The notes under the pieces are model-generated. The model saw nothing but the letters and a program-made list of their open reading frames with translations. It was not told the origin of the DNA and searched no databases. Of a DNA stretch of 64,000 bases, positions 18,282-28,720 are shown piece by piece (position 1 is the stretch's first letter; every line of letters begins with the position of its first letter). The position numbers and the translations under genes were made by a program. This DNA is from Lachnospiraceae bacterium (GTDB lineage: Bacteria; Bacillota; Clostridia; Oscillospirales; CAG-272), in assembly GCA_024404495.1 (NCBI GenBank), contig JAKSPT010000002.1, positions 41,410 through 105,409 on the forward strand, in the 5' to 3' direction.

Positions 18282-19258
18282 AAGAGAATAAAGCCGAAAA
18301 ATTATATCTGGCGCTTTCCGAAGCGGACGATGATCTGCTCCGCGAGGCGGAGGAGACCGATTCCCGCGAAAAACTGAACGGCAAAAGCGGGGCAGATTCC
18401 GGAAAGATCCGCCGCAAAAGGATCGTGAGAACGGTTTCCGCGCTCGCGGCCTGCCTCGCCGTGGTGCTGACGGTGACGTTCGTCGCGCCGCTTCTGAAAA
18501 ATGACACGATCCCGGCGTGGATCACGGAGACGGTCGGCGGAAAGCTCGACTGCTTTGACGCCGTGAACTATTACGGCGCGAAAACGCTTCTGATGCGGGA
18601 AGCGGGGATCGACCTTGAAAGCGCGGGAACGGTGAAGCAGACCGCGTTCCTTCCCGCACCTCCTTCCTTCCGCTTCCTTTCGGCTGTCGGAACGGAAGAG
18701 GAAACGGAATTCTTCGGGGACGAGGAAACGAAACCCGACGAGGATATCTATTATTATGAGATCGACCCGAACGAGCGGTTCAGGATCACGAAGGTCATCG
18801 CGTTTCAGATCGGTCTGACCGATCCGGAAGGCTTTCTCGCCAAAAGGCTCGGGACCGGGATCGTTGACGTCGTGATTACCGAAAGCAATCTGGAAATTAT
18901 GATCACCTTCCACGCGCACGGAAAATACTATACCTGCCTTATGAACGGCGGCGGGAAGACAAATTATCAGTTCTCCACGCACAAATATATCGAAGGGTTC
19001 CATATCGTCAAGAATTTTGAACAGGTCAACTACGCTTTTGCGATTGATATTGCCGAAGGGCACGTGACCGGGCTTACCTGCTCCGGAGGTTACGGTTACG
19101 GTTCCGACTGTCCGCCCGACCGCGCATTCGTCGTGGAAGGCTCCGACTATATGAAAAAAGTGAACGGTTCCTTTACCGTGCCGGAGCTTGAAGGCATTAT
19201 CAGCAATCTGCCGCCGGAAAGTGCTTTCGTATCCGGAAAGGAGGAGGAGAGCGTATGA
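18278..19258 (+). CDS. Putative membrane-anchored anti-sigma factor
   Basis: ATGA overlap with the sigma gene; single TM (IVRTVSALAACLAVVLTVTFVAPLL) after a charged N-terminal domain. Confidence 0.5.
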   Translation: MKENKAEKLYLALSEADDDLLREAEETDSREKLNGKSGADSGKIRRKRIVRTVSALAACLAVVLTVTFVAPLLKNDTIPAWITETVGGKLDCFDAVNYYGAKTLLMREAGIDLESAGTVKQTAFLPAPPSFRFLSAVGTEEETEFFGDEETKPDEDIYYYEIDPNERFRITKVIAFQIGLTDPEGFLAKRLGTGIVDVVITESNLEIMITFHAHGKYYTCLMNGGGKTNYQFSTHKYIEGFHIVKNFEQVNYAFAIDIAEGHVTGLTCSGGYGYGSDCPPDRAFVVEGSDYMKKVNGSFTVPELEGIISNLPPESAFVSGKEEESV

Positions 19259-19677
19259 AAAAATCACTTCGTATTCTGTGCCTTGCGCTCCTTTGGCTGA
19301 CGCTGTTTTCCCTCGCTTCGTGCGGATCGGGTGCGGACGACGCAAAGGCGCTTGCCAATTATCTGCAATGGTTTGACGAGCCGGGAAGCGTTCCGATCCA
19401 TGCTTATGAAAAAGCGGAATTCAAGGAAGCCGTTAATTATTATCTCGACAGAGGACCCTGTGAACCGGACGACCCGGAATCCGTGAAACTGATCATCGTT
19501 TACGACAAGAAGCAGAAGACTTATACGAACTGCTTTGTATTGGATATGGAATACGGTCTGCACACCGAATTTCTGACGCGGTGGGAAGGACGGCAGTACA
19601 ACGCAAAATCGATCACCGTTTTCACGGAAGAAGAGATCCGTTCACTCGTCGAAAAAGCCGCAGAATACTGTAAATAA
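19255..19677 (+). CDS. Small lipoprotein of unknown function
   Basis: Lipobox signal peptide MKKSLRILCLALLWLTLFSLASC; start overlaps the upstream stop. Confidence 0.6.
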   Translation: MKKSLRILCLALLWLTLFSLASCGSGADDAKALANYLQWFDEPGSVPIHAYEKAEFKEAVNYYLDRGPCEPDDPESVKLIIVYDKKQKTYTNCFVLDMEYGLHTEFLTRWEGRQYNAKSITVFTEEEIRSLVEKAAEYCK

Positions 19678-19682
19678 CGCAA

Positions 19683-19718
19683 AAGAGGAAATCTCATCCG
19701 GGATTTCCTCTTTTTTCA
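19683..19718 (+). terminator. Rho-independent terminator
   Basis: agaggaaatc-tcatccgg-gatttcctct followed by tttttt. Confidence 0.8.
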
Positions 19719-19752
19719 TAGCCGCGTGCGCTGTTTCCGCCGGGCGGGCTAT

Positions 19753-19780
19753 TGTAAAAGCGGCTTTTTTCTGTTATACT
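19753..19780 (+). promoter_or_regulatory. Sigma70-type promoter for the sigma-fusion gene
   Basis: TTGTAA (19753-19758), 16-nt spacer, TATACT (19775-19780). Confidence 0.5.
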
Positions 19781-19884
19781 AAAAATGCAGCATTTTTTCT
19801 GATCGCCCAACCTTTTTCGGTTCCCGCGTGTCTATAAGACAGGTACCGAAAAAAGGAATATTCCGAAAAGAAAGGAGACCGCGT

Positions 19885-22800
19885 ATGAACTATCTGCAAA
19901 GCGAACCGGACGAAACGCTCGTGCTTCTGACGCTTGCGGGGGAGCAGACCGCCTACGAGGTCCTTGTGACCCGGTATCAGAGCAGGGTGATCTTATCGGC
20001 GGCGTCGGTCACAAAAAGCCGCTTTCTTGCCGAGGACGCGGCGCAGGACGCCTTCGTTTCGGCTTGGATGAAGCTGAATACCCTGACCGAGCCCGGAAAA
20101 TACGGCGCGTGGGTCTGCCGGATCGCAAAAAACTGCGCTTTGAATATGATTACCCGTTACCGCCGTTTTCTGCCGCTTGAAACCGTGGAAAATACGGTGT
20201 TTGACGGGGATATCTCGCAGGATCCGGAGAAGCTTTACGCGGAAACCGAGGAACGGAACGAGGTCGGCGCAAGCGTTGACAAACTGCCCGGGCGGGTCGG
20301 AGAGATCATCCGCCTTCATTATTACGAAGGGCTTTCGGTCGCGGAGATCGCCGACCGGATGCGCATCTCCGCCGGAACGGTCAAATGGCAGCTCCACGAG
20401 GGCAGAAAACAGATCAGAAAGGAATTATGTGCAATGGATGAGAAATACGGTGACACGCTGGTACGGCGTGTGATGAAAAAAGTCGAAGAACTCAAGCTCT
20501 GGCAGCTCCCGAACGACAAAAGCGGGTTTGAAACGATCTACCGGGACGTACTGCGCGAGGTGGAGGAGCTTCCCGAGTGCGCCGAAAAACAGCACGCGCT
20601 CGCCGACGTGCTGATGCGCGGCTGGTGGTGGCTCCCCGGCAAAAAGAACGACGCGATGCTCGCACGGATCGCCGAAGCGGCGGAGGCGGGCAAAAATGAG
20701 GAGGTTATGGGCTTCCTCGTCGAGCGGGAGGACAACAAGGTCTGGGGCGACGCGCGGGGCGAATTTATCCGCGACAAGCAGATCCCGCGCCTGGAAAAGG
20801 CGGGCTTCCCGAAGCTTCTCGGCACCGAATGGTTCCGCCTCGGCAGTCAGCTTCTCCGGGACGGAAAAACGGAGGAAGGGCTTGCCGCACTTGCGAAGGC
20901 GGAAACGCTCCTTTCCCGCGGGGATCTCACGTTCTCTCTGCTGCCGGGCGTACGGAAGGCGGCGGAGCGGAAGACGGCGCGTTTCAAACCGCTTCCGGAA
21001 AAACAGTACGAACTCTCCGTTCTGGCGGAGGAATGCCGCGTGATCGACGGCGGGCTCCGGTACTGGAAGAGGGAATACGGCGGTTCCGACGGGGAACTCG
21101 TTCTGCACCCGGAGGCGACCGGACTGATCGGCAATGCCGCCCGCTGTGACAGCTTCTTCTTTGCCGGTCTTTCGCTCGGTGGGACGCTGACCGGCTCCGA
21201 CGGGACGACGCTTTCCTTCCTCTCGGACAAAGAGACCGTCGAAACGCCGGCGGGGCGCTTTGAGAACTGTGCGCTTTTCGAGGGAAGGCACTGGGATTGG
21301 GCAGGAAAGACGGTCTGCCGGACGTATTATCGGGACGGCATCGGCATCGTGCGGCAGGAGCTCGCCGAAAACGGCGTGAAAACCGTCCATACGCTGAACG
21401 CTTACGAGATCAAAGGCGGAAAAGGGCTTCTTCCCCTCGCGGAGGGGAACCGCTGGGAATACGGCGGGGACTATCTTTCCGATAAAGTCAGCCATTACGC
21501 GGAGATCGCCGTCGCGTACGCGGAGGAGGATCGCGTGATCCTGACCACCTATGAGGAAACGGAACGCAGCGGCTACGACGAGACCTCGTGGACCGACACG
21601 GTAAGGCAGATCGCGAACGAGTATTATACCGAAACGGAAGGCGGAGGCTGTAAGATCCGCGATATTTACGACGTGATCGACCGCGCCGGGGCGCTTGCGG
21701 TGACCCCTTTTCAGAAGGCGTACACCAAAGCCGCCGCCTCGACGGCAAGACGGATCCTCGATACCGATCCGCTTTTCCGTCCCGGCTGTCCCGTGACCGG
21801 ACACTGGAATTTCTTCCACGCAAATACCGTCCGGAAGCAGAACGGGCGCGTGACGCTTTCCGGCTATGACGGTCAGTACGGCTTTGAATGGAAAAACTAC
21901 TCCGACGGCGTCGATGCGCTTCTGTACAATGACGTTTACGGCATCCTTTGCGACGCGGCGAACGCGCTCTGGTCGGAGGAATGGCGAATCGGCGCTTCGC
22001 CCGTCGTGGAATACGACTGGTACGTTTACAACATCCGCACGAAGATCACCTGCGAGGACGGCGGAGAGAAGACCGTGAAGGCGGGGACCTTTGCAAACTG
22101 CCTGAAGCTCACGCTCGATTCCGAGGGTCTGAAGGACGGGCTCGGGTACCGCTCCGGGAAAAAGGTTTACTGGTTTGCCGACGGGGTCGGGATCATCCGC
22201 ATGGAAAACGAGGTCTGCGAAGGGAAAAACGTCGTTTACGAGCTGACTTCGTACAGCGGGACCGGGGAGGGCTATATGCCGCTTGCCGACGGGATGACGC
22301 GCCGGTACGAGGGACTTGACCTGACCGACGGCTATTTCGGCGCGGCGGATTACACATACGCCGCCGATGAGGACGGCGATATCGTGATCTTTGCCGACCG
22401 TACGGGCATCCGCCGCCTTCCGCCGCCGATCACGGAATACGGCTTTATTGAGAAAGAGCTGACCGAGGAACGGCTGTGGAATGAAGGAAAATACGAAGAG
22501 AGCCGCCTCTGCCACGATACGAACAACTTCCGTCTGATGTGCCATTTTCTCGGCAGGCAGAGCAGATACCAGGGTGTCCCCGAAAAGGCGATCGCGTGGA
22601 ATCTCTTCCGTCTGAAAACGATAGAGAGCTTCGGCGGCGGGACCGTGCCCGAAGCGTGGCTCGGGCGCTACGCAGCCGTGAGCTTCCGTACCGCGTGTGC
22701 GATGTTCGGCTGCGGAAGAAAAGAAGAAGGCTACGAATGGCTTGAAAAAGCGTTCGAGGCGTTTCCGAAGTGGGAAGCAATCCCGGACGGCACCGAAACG

Positions 22801-23043
22801 GAAACGGGAGACCCGATAATCTTCGGCGGGATCCGGTTCGTCAAGGGGAAAAATATCCTCCGGATGCCGGACGGAACGGCAGAACCGGTTTCCGATGCCT
22901 GGCGGTTTAACGAGAATATCGGACTGCTCCATTACGGACTGACCGCTCCCTCCGGCTGGGAATGGTTCAACCCGGTCAGAAACGAGGAAAGATACAAGGA
23001 ATACGTCGCCCGCGCCGAAAAAATAGCGGAAGCGATGAACTGA
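19885..23043 (+). CDS. Sigma-70/ECF-family sigma factor domain fused to an ~860-aa cytoplasmic C-terminal extension of unknown function
   Basis: The N-terminal 190 aa carry region 2 (DAAQDAFVSAWMKL) and region 4 (LSVAEIADRMRISAGTVKWQLHEGRKQIR); no TM segment; the C-terminal domain contains internally repeated ~150-aa modules (TFENCALFEG..GIGIVRQE versus TFANCLKLTL..GVGIIRMENE). Start at 19885 with an AAAGGAGA RBS. Confidence 0.65.
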   Translation: MNYLQSEPDETLVLLTLAGEQTAYEVLVTRYQSRVILSAASVTKSRFLAEDAAQDAFVSAWMKLNTLTEPGKYGAWVCRIAKNCALNMITRYRRFLPLETVENTVFDGDISQDPEKLYAETEERNEVGASVDKLPGRVGEIIRLHYYEGLSVAEIADRMRISAGTVKWQLHEGRKQIRKELCAMDEKYGDTLVRRVMKKVEELKLWQLPNDKSGFETIYRDVLREVEELPECAEKQHALADVLMRGWWWLPGKKNDAMLARIAEAAEAGKNEEVMGFLVEREDNKVWGDARGEFIRDKQIPRLEKAGFPKLLGTEWFRLGSQLLRDGKTEEGLAALAKAETLLSRGDLTFSLLPGVRKAAERKTARFKPLPEKQYELSVLAEECRVIDGGLRYWKREYGGSDGELVLHPEATGLIGNAARCDSFFFAGLSLGGTLTGSDGTTLSFLSDKETVETPAGRFENCALFEGRHWDWAGKTVCRTYYRDGIGIVRQELAENGVKTVHTLNAYEIKGGKGLLPLAEGNRWEYGGDYLSDKVSHYAEIAVAYAEEDRVILTTYEETERSGYDETSWTDTVRQIANEYYTETEGGGCKIRDIYDVIDRAGALAVTPFQKAYTKAAASTARRILDTDPLFRPGCPVTGHWNFFHANTVRKQNGRVTLSGYDGQYGFEWKNYSDGVDALLYNDVYGILCDAANALWSEEWRIGASPVVEYDWYVYNIRTKITCEDGGEKTVKAGTFANCLKLTLDSEGLKDGLGYRSGKKVYWFADGVGIIRMENEVCEGKNVVYELTSYSGTGEGYMPLADGMTRRYEGLDLTDGYFGAADYTYAADEDGDIVIFADRTGIRRLPPPITEYGFIEKELTEERLWNEGKYEESRLCHDTNNFRLMCHFLGRQSRYQGVPEKAIAWNLFRLKTIESFGGGTVPEAWLGRYAAVSFRTACAMFGCGRKEEGYEWLEKAFEAFPKWEAIPDGTETETGDPIIFGGIRFVKGKNILRMPDGTAEPVSDAWRFNENIGLLHYGLTAPSGWEWFNPVRNEERYKEYVARAEKIAEAMN

Positions 23044-23061
23044 ACTCTCTTTTATAACAAA

Positions 23062-23098
23062 AAGACACCGTATTTTTTCAGTACGGTGTCTTTTGTCA
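23062..23098 (+). terminator. Rho-independent terminator
   Basis: aagacaccgta-ttttttcag-tacggtgtctt followed by ttgtc. Confidence 0.7.
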
Positions 23099-23265
23099 TA
23101 TTCGGGTTTATGATTCGCCGGAACCTTTCTTCCGCCAATCAAAAAGGCTCCTGTTCTTTTCTCCTTTCGGAAATACCGTGCAGTGCACGGTATTTCCGAA
23201 TCAAAAGCCGGGAAAAGCAGACGTTTGCTTTTCCCGGCTTTCGGTTGTGTTAAGGAATCATCGTT

Positions 23266-24801
23266 TTACGGCTGAATGCCCTCGTCCGGCGCGCTCTTTT
23301 CCACGGTGAGCACCGGCGGTTCTTCGACCGTCTGCGCGGCGGCTTTCAGCTTGTCTATGCCGCTGACGCGCTGCACGAGGTCGGCTTCAAGCACGCCGAG
23401 CAGCTTTTTGCCGTTGTCGTCACCGGCGGCACGGGCGGCGGACATCGCGGCGCGCTGACGGTCAAAGTAGCTGACGCCGTTTTCGTCGGGCTCCATGCAG
23501 TTCTTAAAGGCTTCCGACTGCTTGATCTTCTCGACCGCTTCCTCGTAGACCGTTTCGTCCCTGCAGACGACGCCGTTCTTTTTCATCAGCGCCGAAACGA
23601 GGATCCTTGCCATCGCGTCGCCGAGCGCCTCCCCGGTCAGCGTTTCGTCGTCGAGCGAACGGTAGGCGGCGTCGGACTGTTCCTTCGCGACGTTCCGGTT
23701 CGCACGCTTTTCCGCCCAGCCCTCGGGCCATTTGTCCTTCGGGAATTTGCCCTCGCACTGCGCGAGGAAGGTGAGCTGATTGCCGATCATGTAGTTCAGC
23801 AGGTCTTTTCCGCTCATCCCGTCGATGAAATCCTTCGTCTGCTGCTTCCCGGCACCCTCCCACATTACCTGACGGTTGGTCAGATCGCCGTCCTCGGTCT
23901 CCTCGTCAAGCCAGCGGGAAAGCCCGTCGGCAAGCTCCTTTGCCTCGGCGTCGGTCAGCTCGGAGAGGTTCTTCTTTCCCGTCATATAGCGGAAGGAACG
24001 GTCCATTTCCTCGGGACTCATATCTCTCGGGTCGCCGGTCTTTCCGGAAACGCCGTAGGTGATCCGGTAAAGCTGCGGGTTCTTTTTGATCAGACGGCTG
24101 ATCTCTCCCGCGGCGGGAGACGGCACCGGAGGATTCTTTTTCTCTTCTTCTTTTTTCGCGAGGACCTTTTCGGGGTCGGTGAAGTCCTTCATCGCGGCTT
24201 TCAGCGTCTCGAAGGATGCCTTTCTCGCGTTCTGACGCTCCACGGCAGCCTCGTACGCTCTCTGCTCGGAGGTCTTGATGCCGATGTAGTTCAGCATCCG
24301 GGAGAAGAAGCCGACCTTTTCCGGCTCGGACTGCGAGATCGCGGTTTCGACCGAGGCAAGGAGCTCGTCTCCGGTCATGAGCTCGCCGTCCTTGTCCTTT
24401 GCGAAGGGGACGATGCCGATCGCCGGGTGATACCCGAAGATAACGCCGTTTTTGTCAAGCACGACGTCGACCTCGTTCGGAGTCAGGCTCTCGACCTCGC
24501 GCTCCTGCGCGTTTTCGAGCGAGACGTAGTATTTCAGCTCGCTGCGGACGCCGTTCAGCACGGTATTCATACGGTTCGCCCGGCGCTCCTCGGCGCGGCG
24601 CTTCTTTGCCTCCGCCTCGGGGGAATTGTTCTTTGCCGTTTCCTCGCCGATATTGAGGTTTTCCGCGATATCCTCGTCGTTTAATACGGGCGCTTCCTTT
24701 TCGGGCTCTTCCGCGGGCACTTCATCAAAGTCGATCCCCTCCGCGGCGAGCACCGTCTCCGCGAGGACTTCTCTGTAATCTTTCTTTCCGAAACGGGACA
24801 T
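23266..24801 (-). CDS. Hypothetical acidic protein (511 aa)
   Basis: Clean ORF with RBS and a downstream hairpin-plus-T terminator (rc of 23207-23243); no recognised domain. Confidence 0.5.
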   Translation of the reverse strand: MSRFGKKDYREVLAETVLAAEGIDFDEVPAEEPEKEAPVLNDEDIAENLNIGEETAKNNSPEAEAKKRRAEERRANRMNTVLNGVRSELKYYVSLENAQEREVESLTPNEVDVVLDKNGVIFGYHPAIGIVPFAKDKDGELMTGDELLASVETAISQSEPEKVGFFSRMLNYIGIKTSEQRAYEAAVERQNARKASFETLKAAMKDFTDPEKVLAKKEEEKKNPPVPSPAAGEISRLIKKNPQLYRITYGVSGKTGDPRDMSPEEMDRSFRYMTGKKNLSELTDAEAKELADGLSRWLDEETEDGDLTNRQVMWEGAGKQQTKDFIDGMSGKDLLNYMIGNQLTFLAQCEGKFPKDKWPEGWAEKRANRNVAKEQSDAAYRSLDDETLTGEALGDAMARILVSALMKKNGVVCRDETVYEEAVEKIKQSEAFKNCMEPDENGVSYFDRQRAAMSAARAAGDDNGKKLLGVLEADLVQRVSGIDKLKAAAQTVEEPPVLTVEKSAPDEGIQP

Positions 24802-25044
24802 ATTGTTTCCTTCCTTTTCTCCGGACCTGCCGGAACACGTTCTTTTTCTATGAAAAATATAGCACGGATCGCGCGCGGTGTCAACCGTTTTCGGTCGGTT
24901 CCTCCGCTTTTTTCGCTTTCAACCTTAATACCCCGGGGGAAGGAAAAAAATTACGTCGGGATCCGAATTTCATTCGTTTTTCGCAAAAGACTTGCTCAAA
25001 GGAAAAAACTGTGATAAAATAGAAGAAAACGGGGGGATCCGGGA

Positions 25045-25641
25045 ATGAAAAAGAAACTGATCCTCGTCGCGGCGCCGCCCGCGAGCGGGAAAAACGCCGT
25101 GACGGCGAAGATCGCGGAAGGTCTCGGGCACGCGGCGGTTTTCGACAAGGACGACCTCTGTCCGCTCGTCAGCCGGGTCTTCGACGCGACGGGGAACGAG
25201 CGGGATATGGACGGCGCCTTTTACCGGGAGCATATCCGGGACGCCGAATACGGCACGCTCTTCCGCCTCGCCCTTTCGGCGCTGACGTTCGAGGACTGTG
25301 TGATCGTCAACGCGCCGCTCGGGAAAGAAATCCGGGATACGGCGTTCATGACCGGACTGAAAGCGGACGCCCGGGAAAGAGGCGCCGCGCTGTACGTCGT
25401 GTGGCTGCTTTCCTCCCCGGCGCTCTGCCGGGAGCGGATGGCAAAACGGGGCGCGGAGCGGGACGTGAAAAAGCTTGCCGATTTTGAAAGCTACGCGAAA
25501 ACCGTCCGGTACGACCCTCCCCTCGCGCTCGCGGAGGCAAACGCCGTCGACAGACTGATCCTGTTCGGCACGGCGTCGCCCGAAGCGTTTGAAAAATCTC
25601 TGAAAAACACACTTGAAATTTTGAAAGAAGCCGGTGATTGA
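25045..25641 (+). CDS. P-loop NTPase (AAA/kinase-like ATP-binding protein)
   Basis: Walker A motif ILVAAPPASGKNAV. Confidence 0.55.
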   Translation: MKKKLILVAAPPASGKNAVTAKIAEGLGHAAVFDKDDLCPLVSRVFDATGNERDMDGAFYREHIRDAEYGTLFRLALSALTFEDCVIVNAPLGKEIRDTAFMTGLKADARERGAALYVVWLLSSPALCRERMAKRGAERDVKKLADFESYAKTVRYDPPLALAEANAVDRLILFGTASPEAFEKSLKNTLEILKEAGD

Positions 25642-25642
25642 T

Positions 25643-26320
25643 ATGGCTAACCGTGAAACGGTCATCAGAACGATCGAAGAAAAGAAAATCATCGTCATCA
25701 TCCGCAGTCTCGACCCCGAAACGCTGAAAAAGGCGGTCGGCGCGATGATCGACGGCGGGATCGGGCTTGTGGAGCTTCCGTTCGACCAGAGCGGAAGGAC
25801 GCCCGACGAAGAGACGGCGGAGAACATCCGGATGCTGAAAAAAGCCTTTCCGGATAAGCTTTGCGTCGGCGCGGGGACGGTACTGACCGTCGAAGAGGCG
25901 GAGCTCGCGGCGGAGGCGGGGGCGGAATACATCGTTTCGCCCGATACCTACGAGCCGGTGATAAAGAAAACGCGCGAGCTGGGGCTCGTTTCGATCCCCG
26001 GCGCCTTCACGCCGACCGAGGCGACGAACGCGCACCGCTGGGGCGCCGATTTCGTCAAGCTCTTCCCGAATTCCGAGATTGAGCCGAGCTATCTCCGCGC
26101 GCTCGTCACGCCGCTTTCCCACATCAGGTTCCTCGCGGTCGGCGGAGTGACGCTCGACAGCATCCGTCCGCTCCTCGACGCGGGCGCGCGCGGCTTCGGC
26201 ATCGCCTCCGCGATCGCGGACAAAAAGAAAATCGCGGCGGGGGATTTCGCCGGGATCACCGCCGTATCAAAACGGTTCGTCGAAGCCGTGAACGGAAAGA
26301 AAAAACTGGCCTATTTGTAA
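25643..26320 (+). CDS. eda: 2-dehydro-3-deoxyphosphogluconate/4-hydroxy-2-oxoglutarate aldolase (KDPG aldolase, Eda family)
   Basis: Typical KDPG-aldolase layout (IIVIIRSLD...GLVELPF...GAGTVLTVEEAELAAEAGAEYIVSP...FVKLFP); alternative GTG start at 25634. Confidence 0.7.
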   Translation: MANRETVIRTIEEKKIIVIIRSLDPETLKKAVGAMIDGGIGLVELPFDQSGRTPDEETAENIRMLKKAFPDKLCVGAGTVLTVEEAELAAEAGAEYIVSPDTYEPVIKKTRELGLVSIPGAFTPTEATNAHRWGADFVKLFPNSEIEPSYLRALVTPLSHIRFLAVGGVTLDSIRPLLDAGARGFGIASAIADKKKIAAGDFAGITAVSKRFVEAVNGKKKLAYL

Positions 26321-26335
26321 TACAGGGAGATTATT

Positions 26336-28423
26336 ATGGCTGAAAAACGGGAAAAACTGCCGGTCGATCCGCGCGAAAGGATCACCAAACGAAGAGGGAC
26401 CGTCTTTTTTATCCTTGCCTTTCTGCTTGTTATGGGCGCGGCGGTCCTCGGCATCTTTCTGAACCGTGCGTATTCGTTCATCGCGCCGGACACCGCTGAA
26501 ATTCTTGCCGTCGTGCTCTTCCTGCTTCCGTTCCTTGTGATCGTTTCGTTTGCGGTCGCGGGAACCGTGATCGGAAAGAAGTTCAAGGGGATGAAGGTCG
26601 CCGAAGGGCAGAAATATCTCCTTTCCCACAGAGAAAACGCGGAGAAAACCGCAAAGAAAATCGAAAAGAAGCTGATCCGCAACCGGTTTCTGACCGACCT
26701 CTGGGCGGTCGCGCTCGGTCTGTTTGCCGTTTCTTCCTCGTTTTTCAACGGCTGCGGCGACGAAACGGGCTTTCTGACCTTCCTCGCGCTTCCCGAGCTG
26801 TATTTTATGACCGCCGCGCTCTCGCAGATCCGTCTCCCGCTGCCTGAGGTCAACGAGGAGGAGGAGCAGAAGACCGAGATCCCGAAAGAGACCTGCCCGA
26901 CCCTCTACGCGCTTGCCCGAAAAGCCATAGAGCAGACGGGATGCGGCAAAAAGGACGTGCGGATCTTCCGGAACGAGGACGCCTACTCGCCGGTCGGGAT
27001 CGGGGAGATCGGGGAAAACGCCGCGCTGTATATCGAATCGGTGACGATGAACCTTCTGACCGAGGACGAGATGTACGCGGTCTTCCTGCACGAGTTTTCC
27101 CATATCGGGGGAAAGAACGAAACCGCGAAATCGTTTCAGAAGTATCTGAACCGCTTCGGCTTCCGTCCGGCACCGGTATGGACCGTTCCCGGTCTTGCCT
27201 TCGATCTCCCCGAAAGCCTGTTCGTGATGAACCATTTTCTGTATCAGTACGCCTCCTCGATCGGGAGAGAAGCCGAGGCGGACAAGGCGATGCGGCAGAT
27301 GCCGCTTCCGGCGGCGACCGCGCTGATGAAAATTCATTTCCGCGGCTTTTTCGACAGGGAATTTTCAAGCTTCTTTCTGAACTATCCGCCGGTCTTTGAG
27401 CCGGAGAACGTACCGGAGCACTATTGGTCGGAAACCCTTGCGCGGTTCCGGAAGGAATACGAACGGAGGAAGGACTTCTGGGTTGGTCTGATCCGCAAAG
27501 AGATCCAGTCGCGCTCGGCGACCCATCCCACGATCTTCTCCCGCATCCGGGAGCTCGGCTTCGACGATCTGCCAGAGGCCGGGGAATTCCCTTCCGGGCA
27601 GTATCTTGAGGAATGCAAAGCGGTCCTCGAAGAAGCCGACCGCGGGCTGACCGAGGCGATGAAGAACGACTACGAAAAGCTGCACAAAAACAATTATCTC
27701 GACCCGCTCGAAGAGGTCACCGCGTGGGAAAACGAGGGGAAACCTCTTTCTGCGGAAAAGTACGCAGACCTTCTTTGGGATCTCGGCGCGCTCGGAAGGA
27801 TCGACGAAAAGCTGGCGCTTGCCGACCGCGTGATCGAAGAGATCCCGGGTCAGGCGGCGCACGGCGCGTATTTTGAAAGAGGAAAAACGCTGCTTTCGAG
27901 GTACGATCCCGCCGGAATTGAAGATATCTACCGCGCGATGGCGGAAAACGGCAACTACGTTGAGCAGGGGCTGGATCTGATCGGTCAGTTCTGCTGTTTG
28001 ACGGGGATGCAGGAAGAGCTTGATACCTACCGCGAAAAGGCGATGGAGATCGCGCAGAAGTATAACGACGAGGGCGCGAACCTGCGCGGGCTCTCCAAAA
28101 AGGACGCCCTTTCCGAGGATCATCTGCCGGACGGCTTGCTGGAACGGAACCTTGACTATATGAAGTCGGTTTCGGAGGGAAAGATCGAAAAGATCTATCT
28201 TGTCCGCAAGACCGTTTCCGAGACCTTCTTCGCAAGCACCTTCGTCATCCGTTTCGTACCCGATACCGACGATGACAAAGTCGGGGAGATCATGCATCAG
28301 ATCTTCCGCTATCTCGATTCCACGCCCGAGGACTGGCAGTACGACCTTTACGACTACCGCGACGTGCCTTCCGGACTGCTTGAAAAGATCCCCGGCACGC
28401 TGGTTTATACCAAAGAAGAATAA
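26336..28423 (+). CDS. Membrane-anchored M48-like zinc metallopeptidase (HExxH)
   Basis: N-terminal TM helices; HEFSH zinc motif (FLHEFSHIGGKNE); 695 aa. Confidence 0.55.
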   Translation: MAEKREKLPVDPRERITKRRGTVFFILAFLLVMGAAVLGIFLNRAYSFIAPDTAEILAVVLFLLPFLVIVSFAVAGTVIGKKFKGMKVAEGQKYLLSHRENAEKTAKKIEKKLIRNRFLTDLWAVALGLFAVSSSFFNGCGDETGFLTFLALPELYFMTAALSQIRLPLPEVNEEEEQKTEIPKETCPTLYALARKAIEQTGCGKKDVRIFRNEDAYSPVGIGEIGENAALYIESVTMNLLTEDEMYAVFLHEFSHIGGKNETAKSFQKYLNRFGFRPAPVWTVPGLAFDLPESLFVMNHFLYQYASSIGREAEADKAMRQMPLPAATALMKIHFRGFFDREFSSFFLNYPPVFEPENVPEHYWSETLARFRKEYERRKDFWVGLIRKEIQSRSATHPTIFSRIRELGFDDLPEAGEFPSGQYLEECKAVLEEADRGLTEAMKNDYEKLHKNNYLDPLEEVTAWENEGKPLSAEKYADLLWDLGALGRIDEKLALADRVIEEIPGQAAHGAYFERGKTLLSRYDPAGIEDIYRAMAENGNYVEQGLDLIGQFCCLTGMQEELDTYREKAMEIAQKYNDEGANLRGLSKKDALSEDHLPDGLLERNLDYMKSVSEGKIEKIYLVRKTVSETFFASTFVIRFVPDTDDDKVGEIMHQIFRYLDSTPEDWQYDLYDYRDVPSGLLEKIPGTLVYTKEE

Positions 28424-28437
28424 AACGCAGAGGCAGC

Positions 28438-28720
28438 ACCGGACAATCGTCTTCGGGCGCGTCCGGAGCGTAAACGGAACACGTCGTAGGGCGGGGCCTT
28501 GTGTCCCGCCGCGGAATAATCAGCGAAAGGCGGAGTAGAAACCGACGTGCGTCACCGTGCGAAATACGGAGAAATGACGATTCCGGAAACGGCGGGTTCC
28601 GAATGAAAAATGACACGCAGCGGTTTTTTATGTCCGTTCGATCTTCTTCCCGCGGCGGGACACAAGGCCCCGCCCTACGACATCGCCCGAAGAGAAGCGG
28701 ACGAGCACGAAGAAGGGCGG
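28438..28720 (+). repeat. Copy A of the GC-hairpin terminal-inverted-repeat element family
   Basis: Left repeat cgtagggcggggccttgtgtcccgccgcg at 28485-28513, right repeat (its rc) at 28651-28679; the 137-bp internal segment is ~80% identical to copy C; the outer arms also form inverted repeats (cgtcttcgggcg versus cgcccgaagag). Confidence 0.85.

Noticed and set aside
20425-23142. 905-aa minus-strand ORF across the sigma-fusion gene
   Set aside because: Antisense artefact; the plus-strand product has a bona fide sigma-70 region 2 and region 4 and a proper RBS.
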